Shown: positions 52,090-63,928 of the stretch, in pieces
Layout of the letters: each line of letters begins with the position of its first letter
Position numbering within the stretch: the first letter of the stretch is position 1
From: an uncultured Methanoregulaceae archaeon
GTDB lineage: Archaea; Halobacteriota; Methanomicrobia; Methanomicrobiales; Methanospirillaceae
DNA: 64,000 nt
Assembly: GCA_963737635.1 (NCBI GenBank)
Contig: CAVTTL010000001.1
Coordinates: forward strand, 1,952,001-2,016,000
Direction of reading: 5' to 3'
Program-made: the position numbers and the translations under genes
The notes under the pieces: model-generated
What the model saw: the letters and a program-made list of their open reading frames with translations, nothing else
What the model was told of the DNA's origin: nothing
Databases searched by the model: none

Positions 52090-52904
52090 GAGTTTACCTC
52101 CGTGTTCTCTCCACTAGGTAACGTTTCTTTCGTACACATGCAGACCCGGTCAAGAATGCTCCTTATGGCCATAACTGCTGCCGAGTTTTGAAGGGTGTCA
52201 ATAGAGTCACCGACGATACCTGCAAGGGTCACTGCTCCATCGAGAGGAATCATTCCTGCAACCTCAATGTCATGGACCCTTGCATAATCCTGAATAACTT
52301 CTTCCTGCCCGGGATTTGCGATCCTGTTCCCGATCAGCGCGCATCGGTGGATCCCAGCACCACGTGCCATATCCAGAATTGTTCCCGCAATCGCAAGTGA
52401 CTGCCGGTTCGCATCACTTACAACCAGCATAACATCGACATTCTCCGCTGTCCCCCGGCCGAGATGTTCGAGACCTGCCTCCATATCAAGGATCACCATC
52501 TCATCCCGCTCCACCAAGAGGTGCCGGAGCAGGGCACGTATGACGCTGTTTGCCGGGCAGGTACAACCCGCTCCCATGGATGATATCGTTCCCATAACGA
52601 GCAGGTGTGCACCGGCAGGTGTCGGTACAGCATATTTCAGTATCACATCTTCTACCGAGAAGTTCAGGGAATACACCCCTGGATACCCTGTGCTCGTCTT
52701 TGCTGCGATAAGCTCCTCATTTTTAGCGACTGGAATAATCGCATCAGCCTCACGGGAAGTAAGTCCGAGCAGAAACCCAAGGTTGGGCGCTGAATCGGCG
52801 TCAATGGCAAGAGTCGTGTAACCGGCGCGGGCAAGCAGGAATGCAAGGGTTCCCGCTACCAGTGTTTTGCCCGATCCACCTTTCCCGGCTACCGCGATCT
52901 TCAT
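52086..52904 (-). CDS. cooC: CooC-type nickel insertion ATPase
   Basis: GKGGSGKT, DADS, GCTC, DMEAGLEHLGRGT. Confidence 0.88.
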   Translation of the reverse strand: MKIAVAGKGGSGKTLVAGTLAFLLARAGYTTLAIDADSAPNLGFLLGLTSREADAIIPVAKNEELIAAKTSTGYPGVYSLNFSVEDVILKYAVPTPAGAHLLVMGTISSMGAGCTCPANSVIRALLRHLLVERDEMVILDMEAGLEHLGRGTAENVDVMLVVSDANRQSLAIAGTILDMARGAGIHRCALIGNRIANPGQEEVIQDYARVHDIEVAGMIPLDGAVTLAGIVGDSIDTLQNSAAVMAIRSILDRVCMCTKETLPSGENTEVNS

Positions 52905-53153
52905 GCTGCACCCGCGTTATCACGGATATATACGTGAAACCGGCTTAATAAACCGGTTACGACACTATTTCAGGAATATGGCATCTTCTTCTTTCACGAA
53001 ATGGAGTGGAGGTAAAAATCACGGGGAATCTACGTGCTGTTTCTGCAATTCGTGGCTTCCCATGGATTATTTGGGTAAATCGACAACTCTCTCCATCAGT
53101 ACCCTACCATTAAAGAGGTTAAACGACTTAGATTAGTGGAATCACGGTGCCAG

Positions 53154-54359
53154 ATGGCTGAGTTACGGATCATCGGGACAGCCCATGTCTCGCAGAAGAG
53201 CGTCGAGGAAGTCCGGGCGGCAATCGAGGAGTTCCAGCCGGATGTCGTAGCGATAGAACTCGACCCGGCCCGTTTTGCGGCACTAAAAAAACAGTCCCGG
53301 GACCCAACAGTCGAAGACGTCTTGGAAGTCAAGAACTTCAACTCCCTGCTCGTCCAATGGCTCCTTTCGTACCTGCAGAGAAAGATCGGCGTCGATGTGG
53401 GTGTCGAACCGGGCGCCGAGATGAAAGCGGCCATTGTGGAAGCTGAAGGGAGGGGGCTCCCGATCGCACTTGTGGACCGCGATATCCGGCTTACCCTTCT
53501 GCGGTTCTGGAAATCCATGGGGATCATCGAGAAGATCAAGATGGTCTTTGCCCTGATCTACTCGATAGCCGAAGTGGATAAAGGCGAGGAGATCGATATC
53601 GAATCCCTCAAGGAACAGAACATTATCGATGCCGTCATGGACGAGTTCCGGCGGTTCTCGCCAAACGGTGCCCATGCGCTGATCGATGAACGCGACGCGT
53701 TCATCGCCCATCAGCTCATCCTTCTAAAGGTCCAGCGGCCGGAGAGCCGCATCCTTGCCATCGTAGGTGCCGGGCACCGGCAGGGCATCACGAATTATGT
53801 CGAACGCCCGCAGACGCTTCCTCCCTTTGATACGCTCACTAAGGAACCGAAATCGTTTCCCTGGGCAAAACTCTTTGGTTTTGGGGTTACCGGGCTTTTT
53901 GCGTTCCTGATCGCGGCTATCGCATTCTCCGGTGTCGGCTTGATGGTGCTTCTTTATGCCCTGCTCTTCTGGGTGATCATCCATGGCGCCCTTGCCGCGG
54001 TGTTTACCCTCATCGCCGGGGGTCACCCCTATTCGGCCCTTACCTGTTTTGCCGTCGCATGGATGACCTCGCTAAATCCCCTGCTCCATGCCGGGTGGTT
54101 TGCCGCGTATGTTGAAGCGAAGGTGCGTAAACCACCAGTCTCGGACTTCCGGAAGATCTATGAGACCGAATCGATCCGGGAAATGGCTCGCATTCCGCTC
54201 TTCAAAGTTGTTTTAGTAGCAGCCTTGGCGAATCTCGGAAGCCTGATTGGGACAGCCCTTTATTTTCTCCTTGTTTTCCCGTTACTCCATCTCAACCCGG
54301 TAACAATCATCTCGTCCGGGCTGCACAATATGTATGTGATGGCAGCCAGCGTGATTTAA
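53154..54359 (+). CDS. TraB/GumN family protein with C-terminal TM region
   Basis: IIGTAHVS, VAIELD, PGAEM, DRDI, IDERD, VGAGH. Confidence 0.88.
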   Translation: MAELRIIGTAHVSQKSVEEVRAAIEEFQPDVVAIELDPARFAALKKQSRDPTVEDVLEVKNFNSLLVQWLLSYLQRKIGVDVGVEPGAEMKAAIVEAEGRGLPIALVDRDIRLTLLRFWKSMGIIEKIKMVFALIYSIAEVDKGEEIDIESLKEQNIIDAVMDEFRRFSPNGAHALIDERDAFIAHQLILLKVQRPESRILAIVGAGHRQGITNYVERPQTLPPFDTLTKEPKSFPWAKLFGFGVTGLFAFLIAAIAFSGVGLMVLLYALLFWVIIHGALAAVFTLIAGGHPYSALTCFAVAWMTSLNPLLHAGWFAAYVEAKVRKPPVSDFRKIYETESIREMARIPLFKVVLVAALANLGSLIGTALYFLLVFPLLHLNPVTIISSGLHNMYVMAASVI

Positions 54360-54394
54360 GGCGTAAACCGTCTATATTTTCATAAAATAAGTGT

Positions 54395-54790
54395 TCATTG
54401 GCCCTGATCCGGTGTCTGGGAGGTGCAGGCCTTGATCTCTTGATCGATCCAATCCTGCACGATAAGTTTCATTTGTTGCGGGGTGATGCCCACGGTGCAC
54501 CGGACCCGGATCTCGACTTCGAGGAGATCAAGAATAGGTTGGACAATCCGGAAATAGCCGTCGGCGCCTTTGAAACCACCTGCATGTTCGATATGAACCA
54601 TCACGAGCTCGTTTAAATGAGAGAATTCCCCGGTGATCTCGATGATCTGTTCCAAGTTCATCCCCTTCAGAGATCCATGTGATGGCGCCGGTTCTGCGGA
54701 GGCCCCAGCATGAAAGGGCGAGGAAGATTCTTCTTCCACTGTATTTTCATCAGTACAACTGGCGTGTTGAGTGCTGGAATCCTCATCCAT
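54395..54790 (-). CDS. Hypothetical protein
   Basis: 131 aa ORF, acidic N-terminus and helical C-terminus; fills the gap between core genes. Confidence 0.55.
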   Translation of the reverse strand: MDEDSSTQHASCTDENTVEEESSSPFHAGASAEPAPSHGSLKGMNLEQIIEITGEFSHLNELVMVHIEHAGGFKGADGYFRIVQPILDLLEVEIRVRCTVGITPQQMKLIVQDWIDQEIKACTSQTPDQGQ

Positions 54791-54972
54791 AAAGAGTCCC
54801 CGAAATAATCTGCACGTTTATCAGAATGGCTCGTTCCTGCCTCAATAAATAAGTTAGCATCACTCACCTACCGTGCCTGAACAGATGTTCAGAAAAAGAG
54901 AGCATCGGTATTCACACCCGGCAACGACGCATTCCAGAACAATGTGAACGCGTCTTCATTCGCCAGTTTAAG

Positions 54973-56211
54973 TTATTCCAGATGTTTCCCGGCGCGCAAT
55001 CGAATTCCCTGCGCCGCAAGAAAACCGGTCGAGAACGCAGCCTGAAGGTTGAAACCACCGGTGTCACCGTCGATATCCAGAATCTCCCCAGCAAAATACA
55101 ATCCGGGTACCACTTTCGATTCCATTGTTTTTGGATGCACTTCTGAAAGTGCCACACCACCACGCGTAACCATCGCGACCGAGAGGTCTCCCACGGCTAA
55201 AATTTCCAGCGGACATTGGGTGAGGAGATCAATGAGACGGTTACGGTTGGCGGTAGTAAGGTGGGCGCCGGTACTTTCAGACAGGATCCCGGTCATATCA
55301 AGCAGACAGCGGGAAAGCCGCTCGGGAACCCCTATTCCTGCGATAACGGTTTTGATGGTTTTGGAAGGAGCCATCGAAATGCCGGAAAGAATCTTCTGCT
55401 CTATCGAATCTCGTGGGACCGGCCCGACAAACGAAAGCCGGATCTCGTCTCCTGCCCGGATCGCGCGGGAACAATCAAGAATTCCGGGACCGGAGAGACC
55501 GGTGTGCGTGAAGAGCACATCACCCTCCCCGCCAGCGATTTTACGGTTCTTGCGCCAGACCGAAAACGGCATCCCGGGAAAGGTCATGCCGGCCAGGCAG
55601 GTAAACGGGAAATCTGTAATCACAAGAGGAGCAAGCGCTGGACCGATCTCTGCTATCAAATGACCCAGAGACGCCGCCATCCGGTAGCCGTCCCCGGTAG
55701 ATCCGTCCCGGGATACGATGCCCCACCGGTGGCAAGAACAAGGTTTTTTGAAAAGAATTCCCGGTCAGTCGTGTGGATGGCGAAGCCTGTCTTGGTATAA
55801 CCGATTTGTTTGACCGGTTCACTGCACTGCAGGACGACGCCCCGGTCCTTGCATTCTTGAACCAAGATATCGCAGACATCACGAGCGCTCCGGCTCGCCG
55901 GAAAGATCTTGCCTTCCTTGGTTGTCTCAACAGGAAGACCGCGTTCTGCAAAAAAGCGGATGAGTGCCTGATTAGGAAAGGATAAAAGTGCCGGCTTGAG
56001 AAACAGCCCATGCGAACCGTACCGGGAAAAAAATGTCCGTATATCGCCATCATGCGTAATATTGCACTGGCCAGTGCCGGAAATGTTCAGTTTCACCCCG
56101 GGACGGGGATTTTTTTCCAAGATAAGCACGCGAAAATCCGGGCCAGCCACATGGATCGCGCAGGAAAGGCCGCGGGCCGGCACCGATAATGGCGACATCG
56201 TACTGGTCCAC
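54973..56211 (-). CDS. HI0933/BaiN family flavoprotein (indels near 56174 and 55702)
   Basis: GAGPAG, ISGTGQCNITH, ATGGASYP, FTHTGLSGP, VTRGGV, FAGEILDIDGDTGGFNLQAAFSTG. Confidence 0.88.
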
Positions 56212-56329
56212 AGGTCACCTGCACGGATTATCTCTTTTCGCAGGCACTTGAACTTTGCATTGTCCTTGTCAACATGCTCCTGATCAGGATATCACTTTCC
56301 GGTTTATCTGAAAAGAGCTAAAACAGGTT

Positions 56330-56599
56330 TTATTGACATTTCTTTCTGAACCATTCTGCATAATGCCGGCGCAATTCTTCGGACTCCTCCGGAGTAAAAT
56401 CCTTTTTTTTATAGGCATGCAGGTGTTTTTCCATCTGCCGTATGATATGTTCCGCGTCGTGGTAATCCTCAACTTCGAGATATGCAGGAACTTTAGAGAC
56501 CTCATATGCATGACCACAGACCGGGCACAGTTTCCATTTCTGGAACCGGTCCACGTAGGTGAATGCCCGGCACCCCGGACACCGGAGAATGTGGTACAT
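56330..56599 (-). CDS. Zinc-ribbon protein (DUF1922-like)
   Basis: MYHILRCPGC...KLCPVCG. Confidence 0.7.
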   Translation of the reverse strand: MYHILRCPGCRAFTYVDRFQKWKLCPVCGHAYEVSKVPAYLEVEDYHDAEHIIRQMEKHLHAYKKKDFTPEESEELRRHYAEWFRKKCQ

Positions 56600-56789
56600 A
56601 ATCATGAGGTCTTCAGTGTGTCCCCTATAAAAATTTATTGATATCCGATGCTGATCCCGGGAAAGAGTTGTATATTACGCTGTTCCGCTCGCAGATGGAT
56701 CCGGCAGATCAGCGGGTTCATGTTTTTACCGGGAATTAAAAACCAAACGAAACCCCTATATCGTGCGATTACCTCATAGAACCAGTACT

Positions 56790-57542
56790 ATGGAGAATAT
56801 TGTCGTCACAGGTATCCGGGGACTTCCCCTCATAAAGGCCGGTGATAATATTGCGGCGATGATCTGTGAGAGAGTGATCATAGAAGATGGAGATATTATC
56901 TCTATTGCCTCCACCGTATACTCGAAGGCAAAAGGGTATACAAAATCTCTCTCGGAAATCTCGCCTTCACCCCGGGCGATACGACTGGGGAAACTCAATG
57001 GAGAAGACCCGCGTTTTGTCCAGGCTGTACTCGATGCTTCGCAGGACATCATCATGGAGTATCCCTTCATTCTTTCTGAACTCTCCTTTGGCCATATCGG
57101 AGTTCGGGCCGGAGTCGATCAGAGCAATATTGATGATGGCAGGGTAATCTTCCTTCCATCCGACCCCATGGAAGCGGCAGGAAAGGTCAGAGAAGAGATC
57201 CGGCAGATTACCGGAAAAACGATAGGTGTGATTATCACAGATACCTGCGGCCGTTCATTCAGGAGAGGACAGACCGGGCACGCAATCGGGTGGAGCGGGT
57301 TTACCGCTATCCGGGATTTCCGGGGCGATATAGACCTCTTCGGTCACGAGCTCAAGATTACGGAAGAGGCTGTGGTGGACGAAATTGCCGGATTTGCCAA
57401 CTTTGTTATGGGCGAGAGCAATAATGGCGTCCCGGCGGTACTGTTCCGTAACTGCCCTTCATGGACCGGCCATGACAACCTGTATTTCTCAAAAACCGAA
57501 GATATTACCCGCAGGTTGCTTAAGGAAAACTGCCCTTCGTAA
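56790..57542 (+). CDS. cofE: Coenzyme F420-0:L-glutamate ligase
   Basis: AGVDQSN, LPSDP, ITDTCGRSFRRGQ, DFRG..DLFG.EL.ITE.AV.DEIA, MGE. Confidence 0.92.
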   Translation: MENIVVTGIRGLPLIKAGDNIAAMICERVIIEDGDIISIASTVYSKAKGYTKSLSEISPSPRAIRLGKLNGEDPRFVQAVLDASQDIIMEYPFILSELSFGHIGVRAGVDQSNIDDGRVIFLPSDPMEAAGKVREEIRQITGKTIGVIITDTCGRSFRRGQTGHAIGWSGFTAIRDFRGDIDLFGHELKITEEAVVDEIAGFANFVMGESNNGVPAVLFRNCPSWTGHDNLYFSKTEDITRRLLKENCPS

Positions 57543-57576
57543 GGGAAAAAGCGGATCCGGTCTTTTTTGAACCGGG

Positions 57577-57747
57577 TTATGCTGCAGTGCCGTACAGGAT
57601 ATTGAAGACCATGACAATAATACCGATCACCGCGGCGATTGCCATAACGGTAATGGGACTGATATGAACTGCACGACGATCCTCGCTCTCGTAATAGTTA
57701 ACGAGACCCGCCGATGAGAGTAATCTTCCACCTTGCTTCTTTGCCAT
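57577..57747 (-). CDS. secG: Preprotein translocase subunit Sec61beta/SecG
   Basis: MAKKQGGRLLSSAGLVNYYESED...ISP plus one TM. Confidence 0.88.
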   Translation of the reverse strand: MAKKQGGRLLSSAGLVNYYESEDRRAVHISPITVMAIAAVIGIIVMVFNILYGTAA

Positions 57748-57795
57748 ACAAATATATTTCATTTTTCGATATATAAAAGAGAGACACGGTAAACC

Positions 57796-58840
57796 ATGAA
57801 CGACCACCAGATCCTGTCCGGTCACGCCCTGCTCGGTGAAGATCTCTTACTCCGGCCGGTCGATATTGTTATCGAGAAGGGTCATATCTCCGCAGTCGAA
57901 GAGAATCCCCGGGCCCCCTCGTTCTGGATCTGCCCAGCTTTTTCGACGCCCACACGCATCTTGCTGACACGATTGCCACGGATTGCGGCGGCACCGGGGA
58001 TCTGGTAAGCATGGTAACCCCGCCTGACGGCCTCAAGCACCGGCTTCTCTCTGCCGCGTCACCGGAAGACCTCATCGCAGGGATGCGAGCCTCCATCGAT
58101 GGTATGATCCGATCCGGGACATTTGGATGCGCGGATTTTCGAGAGGGCGGCAGAAGCGGTGTGAACGCGCTCCGGGAAGCCACCGTAGGTCTCGACTTCG
58201 AGCCCGTCATCTTCGGGAGGGAGGGGGGGAAAATGTTGCCGAGGGTCTCGGCGTGAGCAGCGCCCGTGACACAGCCGGGTTGGAACATCAGGTAAGGGCC
58301 GCCCGGAACGCCGGAAAACGGATCGCGTTCCACGCAGGAGAGCGCGACAACGCTGATATTGATGAAGCGCTTTCCTTTGAACCGGATCTCCTTGTTCACA
58401 TGACCCATGCGACTAAAAAACAGCTCCGCGCTTGTGCGGACCAGGAGATTCCGATCGCAGTCTGCCCCCGTTCCAACTGGATACTGGGCGTAACCGCATC
58501 GGCCCGGTATCCCCCTTTGCATACAATGCTCGAACTCGGCTGTACGATAATGCTTGGCACAGACAATGTGATGTTTGTCCCTCCGGATATGTTCTCAGAA
58601 ATGGCCTTTACATCGACGATATATCGTCTCGATCCAAAGACTGTGTTCCGGTCTGCAGTGGCAGGATCGCAGTTAACCGGCTCACCGTTCTTTATCCGGA
58701 AAGGGGGACGCGCAGCCCTCTTTACGTTCGATCCGGGTCGCTCAGCTCTTTCTTTCAGCCGCGATCCCTTATCCTCTCTGGTAAATCGTGCTCAATTGGG
58801 GACAATCGGGAATAACGTTTTTAATTTGAAAACTCAATAA
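57796..58840 (+). CDS. Metal-dependent amidohydrolase (indels near 57940 and 58230)
   Basis: DAHTHLAD, PPDGLKHR, DFREGG, FHAGE, VHMT, CPRSN, LGTDN. Confidence 0.85.
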
Positions 58841-58863
58841 AAATGGCATGTTTGTTTTGGGTG

Positions 58864-59298
58864 ATGCCAGTGTTTACTAACATACTCGTAGCCATCGACG
58901 GTTCAAACGCAAGTGACCAAGCGATCGAACGGGCCGTCGACGAGGCAAAAGTGTGGAACGCAAAGCTCCACGCCGTTTACGTAGTAGAAACCGGTCTCTT
59001 CTCATCCCTCCCGTCAGATAATAACGTTGAGATAATGTACCGCGTACTGGAGAACGAGGGAAAGGCCGTCCTTGAGAAAGCGAAGAAGACTGCGGCACTA
59101 AGCGGCGTTTCTCTCGTCTCTCATGTAAAACATGGCCATGCCGGCACCGAGATCATTGCACTTGCGCATAAAGAGAAAGTGGATCTCATTATTTCCGGCT
59201 CCCATGGAAAGAGCAAAACCGACACTCTCCTCTTGGGAAGTGTCAGCACCTATATAACAACACACAGTACGGTCACGACAATGGTGGTGAGATCATAA
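58864..59298 (+). CDS. Universal stress protein
   Basis: ILVAIDGS, GSHG, LLGSVS. Confidence 0.9.
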   Translation: MPVFTNILVAIDGSNASDQAIERAVDEAKVWNAKLHAVYVVETGLFSSLPSDNNVEIMYRVLENEGKAVLEKAKKTAALSGVSLVSHVKHGHAGTEIIALAHKEKVDLIISGSHGKSKTDTLLLGSVSTYITTHSTVTTMVVRS

Positions 59299-59303
59299 CG
59301 GAT

Positions 59304-60152
59304 ATGTTAGTTAAGGACTATATGACCTCGGATGTTGTCCATGTTGACATTCCCGGTAACCGCGACGATGTCCTCAAGATCTTAAAAAGGACGGGCATAT
59401 CAGGTGTTCCGGTTCTCAAGAACAAGAAACTGGTCGGCATTATCACCCGTAAAGATTTGTTGCGCAAACCCGAAGAGACCCAGCTTGGGCTTCTCATGGC
59501 ATCAAAACCGATTACGATCGGCCCGGATGCGGATATCCACGATGCTGCCCGACTGCTCGTCAAGCATCGCATCCGAAGATTGCCTGTGGTCGAGGATAAC
59601 AAGCTGATCGGCCTGCTCTCGGTAGCCGACCTGATTCACGCAATCGCCCAGATGAAAATAAAAGAAGAAATTAAGGATACCTACACGAGCACGACCTTTG
59701 CCCTCTGGGAGGACACACCTCTCCCGCTCGTGGGACGGGTTATGGAAATCTCCGGGGTCGACGCCATTCCTATCCTGAATTCCGATAGCGTACTTCAAGG
59801 CATAATTTCAGAACGCGACCTCATCAGGAATTCGAGCATCGAGGATTCAGTCGGGGTAAGTGACTTCTCCAACGGCACCGATGATGACGAATGGACATGG
59901 GAGAGTATCCGGGATAACCATACGATCAGTTTCGGTATCTCCCGGGTGCAGCTACCTAACCGGCCGGTAAAACTTGCGATGGTCAAAAATGTCGTAGCGG
60001 TTCCCAAGAATTCAGAGGTCAGCGAATGCGCACTCAAGATGCGCAGGTCACGGGTCGACCAGTTGCCGGTAATCAACGGTGACAAGCGTCTGGTGGCCAT
60101 GCTCTATGACCGGGATCTCATCCGGGTCCTTGCCAAAGAAGATGCAGAATAA
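59304..60152 (+). CDS. CBS domain protein
   Basis: Four CBS repeats (SGVPV, RRLPVV, DAIPIL, DQLPVI). Confidence 0.9.
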   Translation: MLVKDYMTSDVVHVDIPGNRDDVLKILKRTGISGVPVLKNKKLVGIITRKDLLRKPEETQLGLLMASKPITIGPDADIHDAARLLVKHRIRRLPVVEDNKLIGLLSVADLIHAIAQMKIKEEIKDTYTSTTFALWEDTPLPLVGRVMEISGVDAIPILNSDSVLQGIISERDLIRNSSIEDSVGVSDFSNGTDDDEWTWESIRDNHTISFGISRVQLPNRPVKLAMVKNVVAVPKNSEVSECALKMRRSRVDQLPVINGDKRLVAMLYDRDLIRVLAKEDAE

Positions 60153-60236
60153 CAACCTTTAAATTTTCCAGTGTCATCTAATACCATAAAACGCTTTTAA
60201 TTGATTTTTAGCGTTCATTTGTTTTTGAGGTGTAAT

Positions 60237-60879
60237 ATGCCTGAACAATATCAGGAATCTATGACGGGGACAACGACGGTGGGTCTGGTATTTGCCGGAG
60301 GGGTGATCCTTGCCACTGAGAAGCGTGCAACCATGGGATACCTGATTGCAAGCAAGCGTGCAAAGAAAGTCTACCAAATCGCTGGTAGGATCGGTATGAC
60401 TATTGCCGGCGGAGTAGGAGACGCCCAGCAGCTGGCCCGGATTATAACGGTCGAGTGTAACCTGTACCAGATACGCAGGTCGAGGGCGATTACAGTGGGG
60501 GCGGCTTCAACCCTCCTCTCTAATTACTTAAACCAGAACCGATATTTCCCGTATTATGTCCAGTTGCTTGTTGGCGGCATCGATGAACACGGGCCGAGCG
60601 TCTACTCGGTCGATGCGATGGGCGGCGCAACCAAGGAAGAGGATATTGTCTCGACTGGTTCAGGATCCCCCATGGCCTATGGCGTGCTGGAAGACCGGTA
60701 CCACCCGGGCATGAGCGAGGATGAAGCCACCGAGCTTGCAGGTACGTGCACTCAGGTCTGCTATGAAACGAGATGCCGGTTCCGGTGAAGGAATCCATGT
60801 TGTTATCATTACCAAGGATAAGTATCAGGAACTCAATGAGGATCAGCTCAAAAAATATCTCGCCAAAAATTCCGCATAA
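60237..60879 (+). CDS. psmB: Proteasome beta subunit (indel near 60741)
   Basis: Propeptide then TG/TTTVG, AGGVGDAQ, GSGS, repaired KRDAGSG. Confidence 0.93.
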
Positions 60880-60903
60880 TCTCTTTTTAGGACGTCTTTT
60901 GTT

Positions 60904-62826
60904 ATGTTGATTGAAGATCGGCTCAAAGAGCTCAAGGATAAGATTAATGAGCGGGTGCCAGCAGGCATCAAGGTAACTGAGGTTGAATTCGAAGGACCCG
61001 AACTGGTCATCTACACTGATGACCCCAAACGGTTCGCCGACGAAGCCGACCTCATCCGGATCCTTGCCCGCGACCTCCGGAAACGTATTGTCGTCCGTCC
61101 CACCATCCTTGAAGACCCGGAAAAAGCGGCAACAGAAATAAGGGCAGTAGTACCGGAATCTTCTGGCATTACGGACATTTTTTTCGACCCGGATACCGGA
61201 GAAGTCCTCATAGAGGCAGAAAAGCCCGGCGTTGTTATCGGTAAGAACGGGATCACCTTACGGGAGATCACTAAACACATTGGCTGGACACCAAAGGTTG
61301 TCCGCACCCCTCCCATCGAAAGCAGTACCGATAAAGCAGATCCGCCAGTACCTGCGCTCGGTCAACGAGGAACGCAAAATGTTCCTCCGCACCATCGGGC
61401 GAAGGATCCACCGCGACATCCCGGGCCGCGATGACGCAAACAAAGACGCTCCCCGGAAAGACCAATGGGTGCGGGTTACTACTCTTGGGTGCTGTCGCGA
61501 AGTCGGCCGGGCCGCTTTCCTGCTCACCACTCCGGACAGTCGCGTCCTCATCGATTGCGGGGAAAAACCGGACAACTCAAACGGCACTCCCTACCTGTAC
61601 GTACCCGGAAATACACCCTCTTGCCCAGCTCGATGCCGTTGTCCTTACCCACGCGCACCTCGACCACTGTGCACTCATCCCACTCCTCTACAGGTACGGG
61701 TACGAAGGGCCGGTCTATTCGACCCCTCCGACCCGGGATCTCTCCGCGATGCTCCAGCTTGACTACCTGGACGTAATTAATAAGGAAGATCGTAAGATCC
61801 CATACAGTTCCAATGAGGTCAAGACGTACATCCGGCATTCGATTACACTCAATTATGGCAGTGTCACTGACATCGCGCCGGACATCAGGCTCACGTTCCA
61901 TAATGCAGGGCATATTCTGGGATCTGCGATCGCCCATTTCCACATCGGCGATGGTTTATACAACATAGCGTTCACCGGGGACTTCAACTACAGCAAAAGC
62001 CGTCTTTTTAACCCGGCCATCAACCAGTTCCCCCGGCTGGAGGCGCTTTTCATGGAGAGCACCTACGGCGGCTCAAACGACTTTCAGCCACCCCGTTCGG
62101 ATGCTGAGCTCAAGCTGTATGAGACCATTAACAAGGTGCTCTCACGTGGCGGCAAGGTGATCATACCCGCATTTGCTGTTGGCAGGTCTCAGGAAGTCAT
62201 GCTCGCCCTTGAAGAGGGTATGCGTCTTGGCAAGATCCCGCAGGTCAAGATCTACCTCGACGGCATGATCCGCGAGGCAACAGCAATCCACACCACCTAC
62301 CCGGAGTACCTCAATAACGATCTCCGCAACCTGATCTTCCGGGAGGGGATGAATCCCTTCCTCGCTGATTGTTTCCAACAAGTGGACTCTTCCGATCTCC
62401 GGGATAAAGTGATCAACGGCGACCCGTGCGTGATCATATCCACAAGTGGCATGCTCAACGGCGGGCCCGTCATGGAGTACCTGCTTAACCTCGCAGAAGA
62501 TGAGAGAAATGCACTTGTCTTTGTCGGGTACCAGGCAGATGGCACACAGGGACGCCGCATCCAGAAAGGATGGCGCGAGGTACCCCTTGGCCGGAAAAGG
62601 AACTATTACGATAAACCTCGAGATCGACACCATTGACGGGTTCTCGGGGCATTCCGATCGCCGCCAGCTGATGAATTACATTGGCCAGATCCAGCCCCGG
62701 CCTGAGAAAATCTTCTGCATCCACGGTGACGAAAACAATACCATTGACCTTGCCAGCTCCATCTACAAACGCTACCATATCCAGACACATTCGCCGATGA
62801 ATCTTGAGACGTACCGCATGGTATAA
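60904..62826 (+). CDS. fttA: aCPSF1/FttA KH-beta-CASP ribonuclease (about 3 indels)
   Basis: KH ([10 protein letters not shown]), [37 protein letters not shown]; follows psmB. Confidence 0.92.
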
Positions 62827-62837
62827 CCCGGATATCC

Positions 62838-63928
62838 ATGAAGGCATACCTCTTTGTTGTCTGCCTGGGCGTATTTGCGGTTATGGCCCTCTCCAACGCG
62901 ATTGTCCCGGTGCTGCCCGGCGTTTGCCACCGGCCCTGCGTGGGAAGGTGCCATCTATGCCGCGTATTTTCTGGGGGCGTTTTTATCGACGCTCCCGGGG
63001 GGTATCCTCTCCGATCGATATGGTAGGACACCAATCATCCGTGCGGGCCTCGCGCTCACTGTCGCAAGCGGGGCATTGCTTTTCTCTACCACCGGGCAGC
63101 TGCCGGTACTTGTCCTCCGTTTGGTAGAAGGTGTCGGTGCCGGTCTCTTTATCGCTGCCGGGATGTCGTATGTCAACACGCAGCCTGATCACACCCGCCT
63201 GAGCGGCTATTATCTGGCAATGCTCAATTTCGGGCTCGTTATCGGGCTTGCCGCATCCGGCTGGCTCGCCATCCGGTTTGTGCAGCCTGCTCTCGGAATT
63301 GGCGTCTTTACAGTACTCTCACTTGCAGCTCTGGTTTCAAGTGTTTTTATCGGCGAGACGCTAAGGCCGGTTCATTCACCGGAAGCTCGGTTTCCGGGAA
63401 ACGGGAGAATGTAACAGGGGACTCCAGTTACGGGAGATCGTCGCACTTTCCATCTCCCACTGCCCATTGTGGTATTCCGCAATCATTCTCGTTGGCATTA
63501 CGGGAGCGGTCACCTCGCTGTACCCTTCATTTTCCGGTGAACCTGCGGATGTTCTCGGTCTGTGGATCGCTGGCATGAGCGTGACGACCATTTTCACCGT
63601 CCTTGTCTTCTCCCGGTTTTCGGTCCCGGCACTACCCGCAATCCGGTGGTCGGCGGTGCTCATGATAGGCGGCGTCATCCTGACGTATAAATCCCCGCTC
63701 GGGTTCGTTGTGCTCGGTGCTTTAGCCGGGATCGTTATGGTTGCCCAGATGACCGTCCTTGCCAAGGAGGAGCATCAGGGATGTATCATGGGCCTCTTTT
63801 CGACTTCCAGTTATCTTGGCATGACGATACTTCCTTTTATTGCCGGAATTATTGCTACAGTGGCAGGTTTTTTTGACGCATTCCTTTTTACCGCGATCCT
63901 TGGAGCGACAGTTGCCTTATTGCTGTGA
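62838..63928 (+). CDS. MFS transporter (indels)
   Basis: GILSDRYGR motif A, LRLVEGVG, EHQGCIMGLFS; split over ORFs 62838, 62854, 63467. Confidence 0.8.

Noticed and set aside
2580-63928. Programmed frameshifting or mass pseudogenisation
   Set aside because: Indels go in both directions, have no shared slippery motif and hit essential genes (ABCE1, psmB, aCPSF1); sequencing error is more parsimonious
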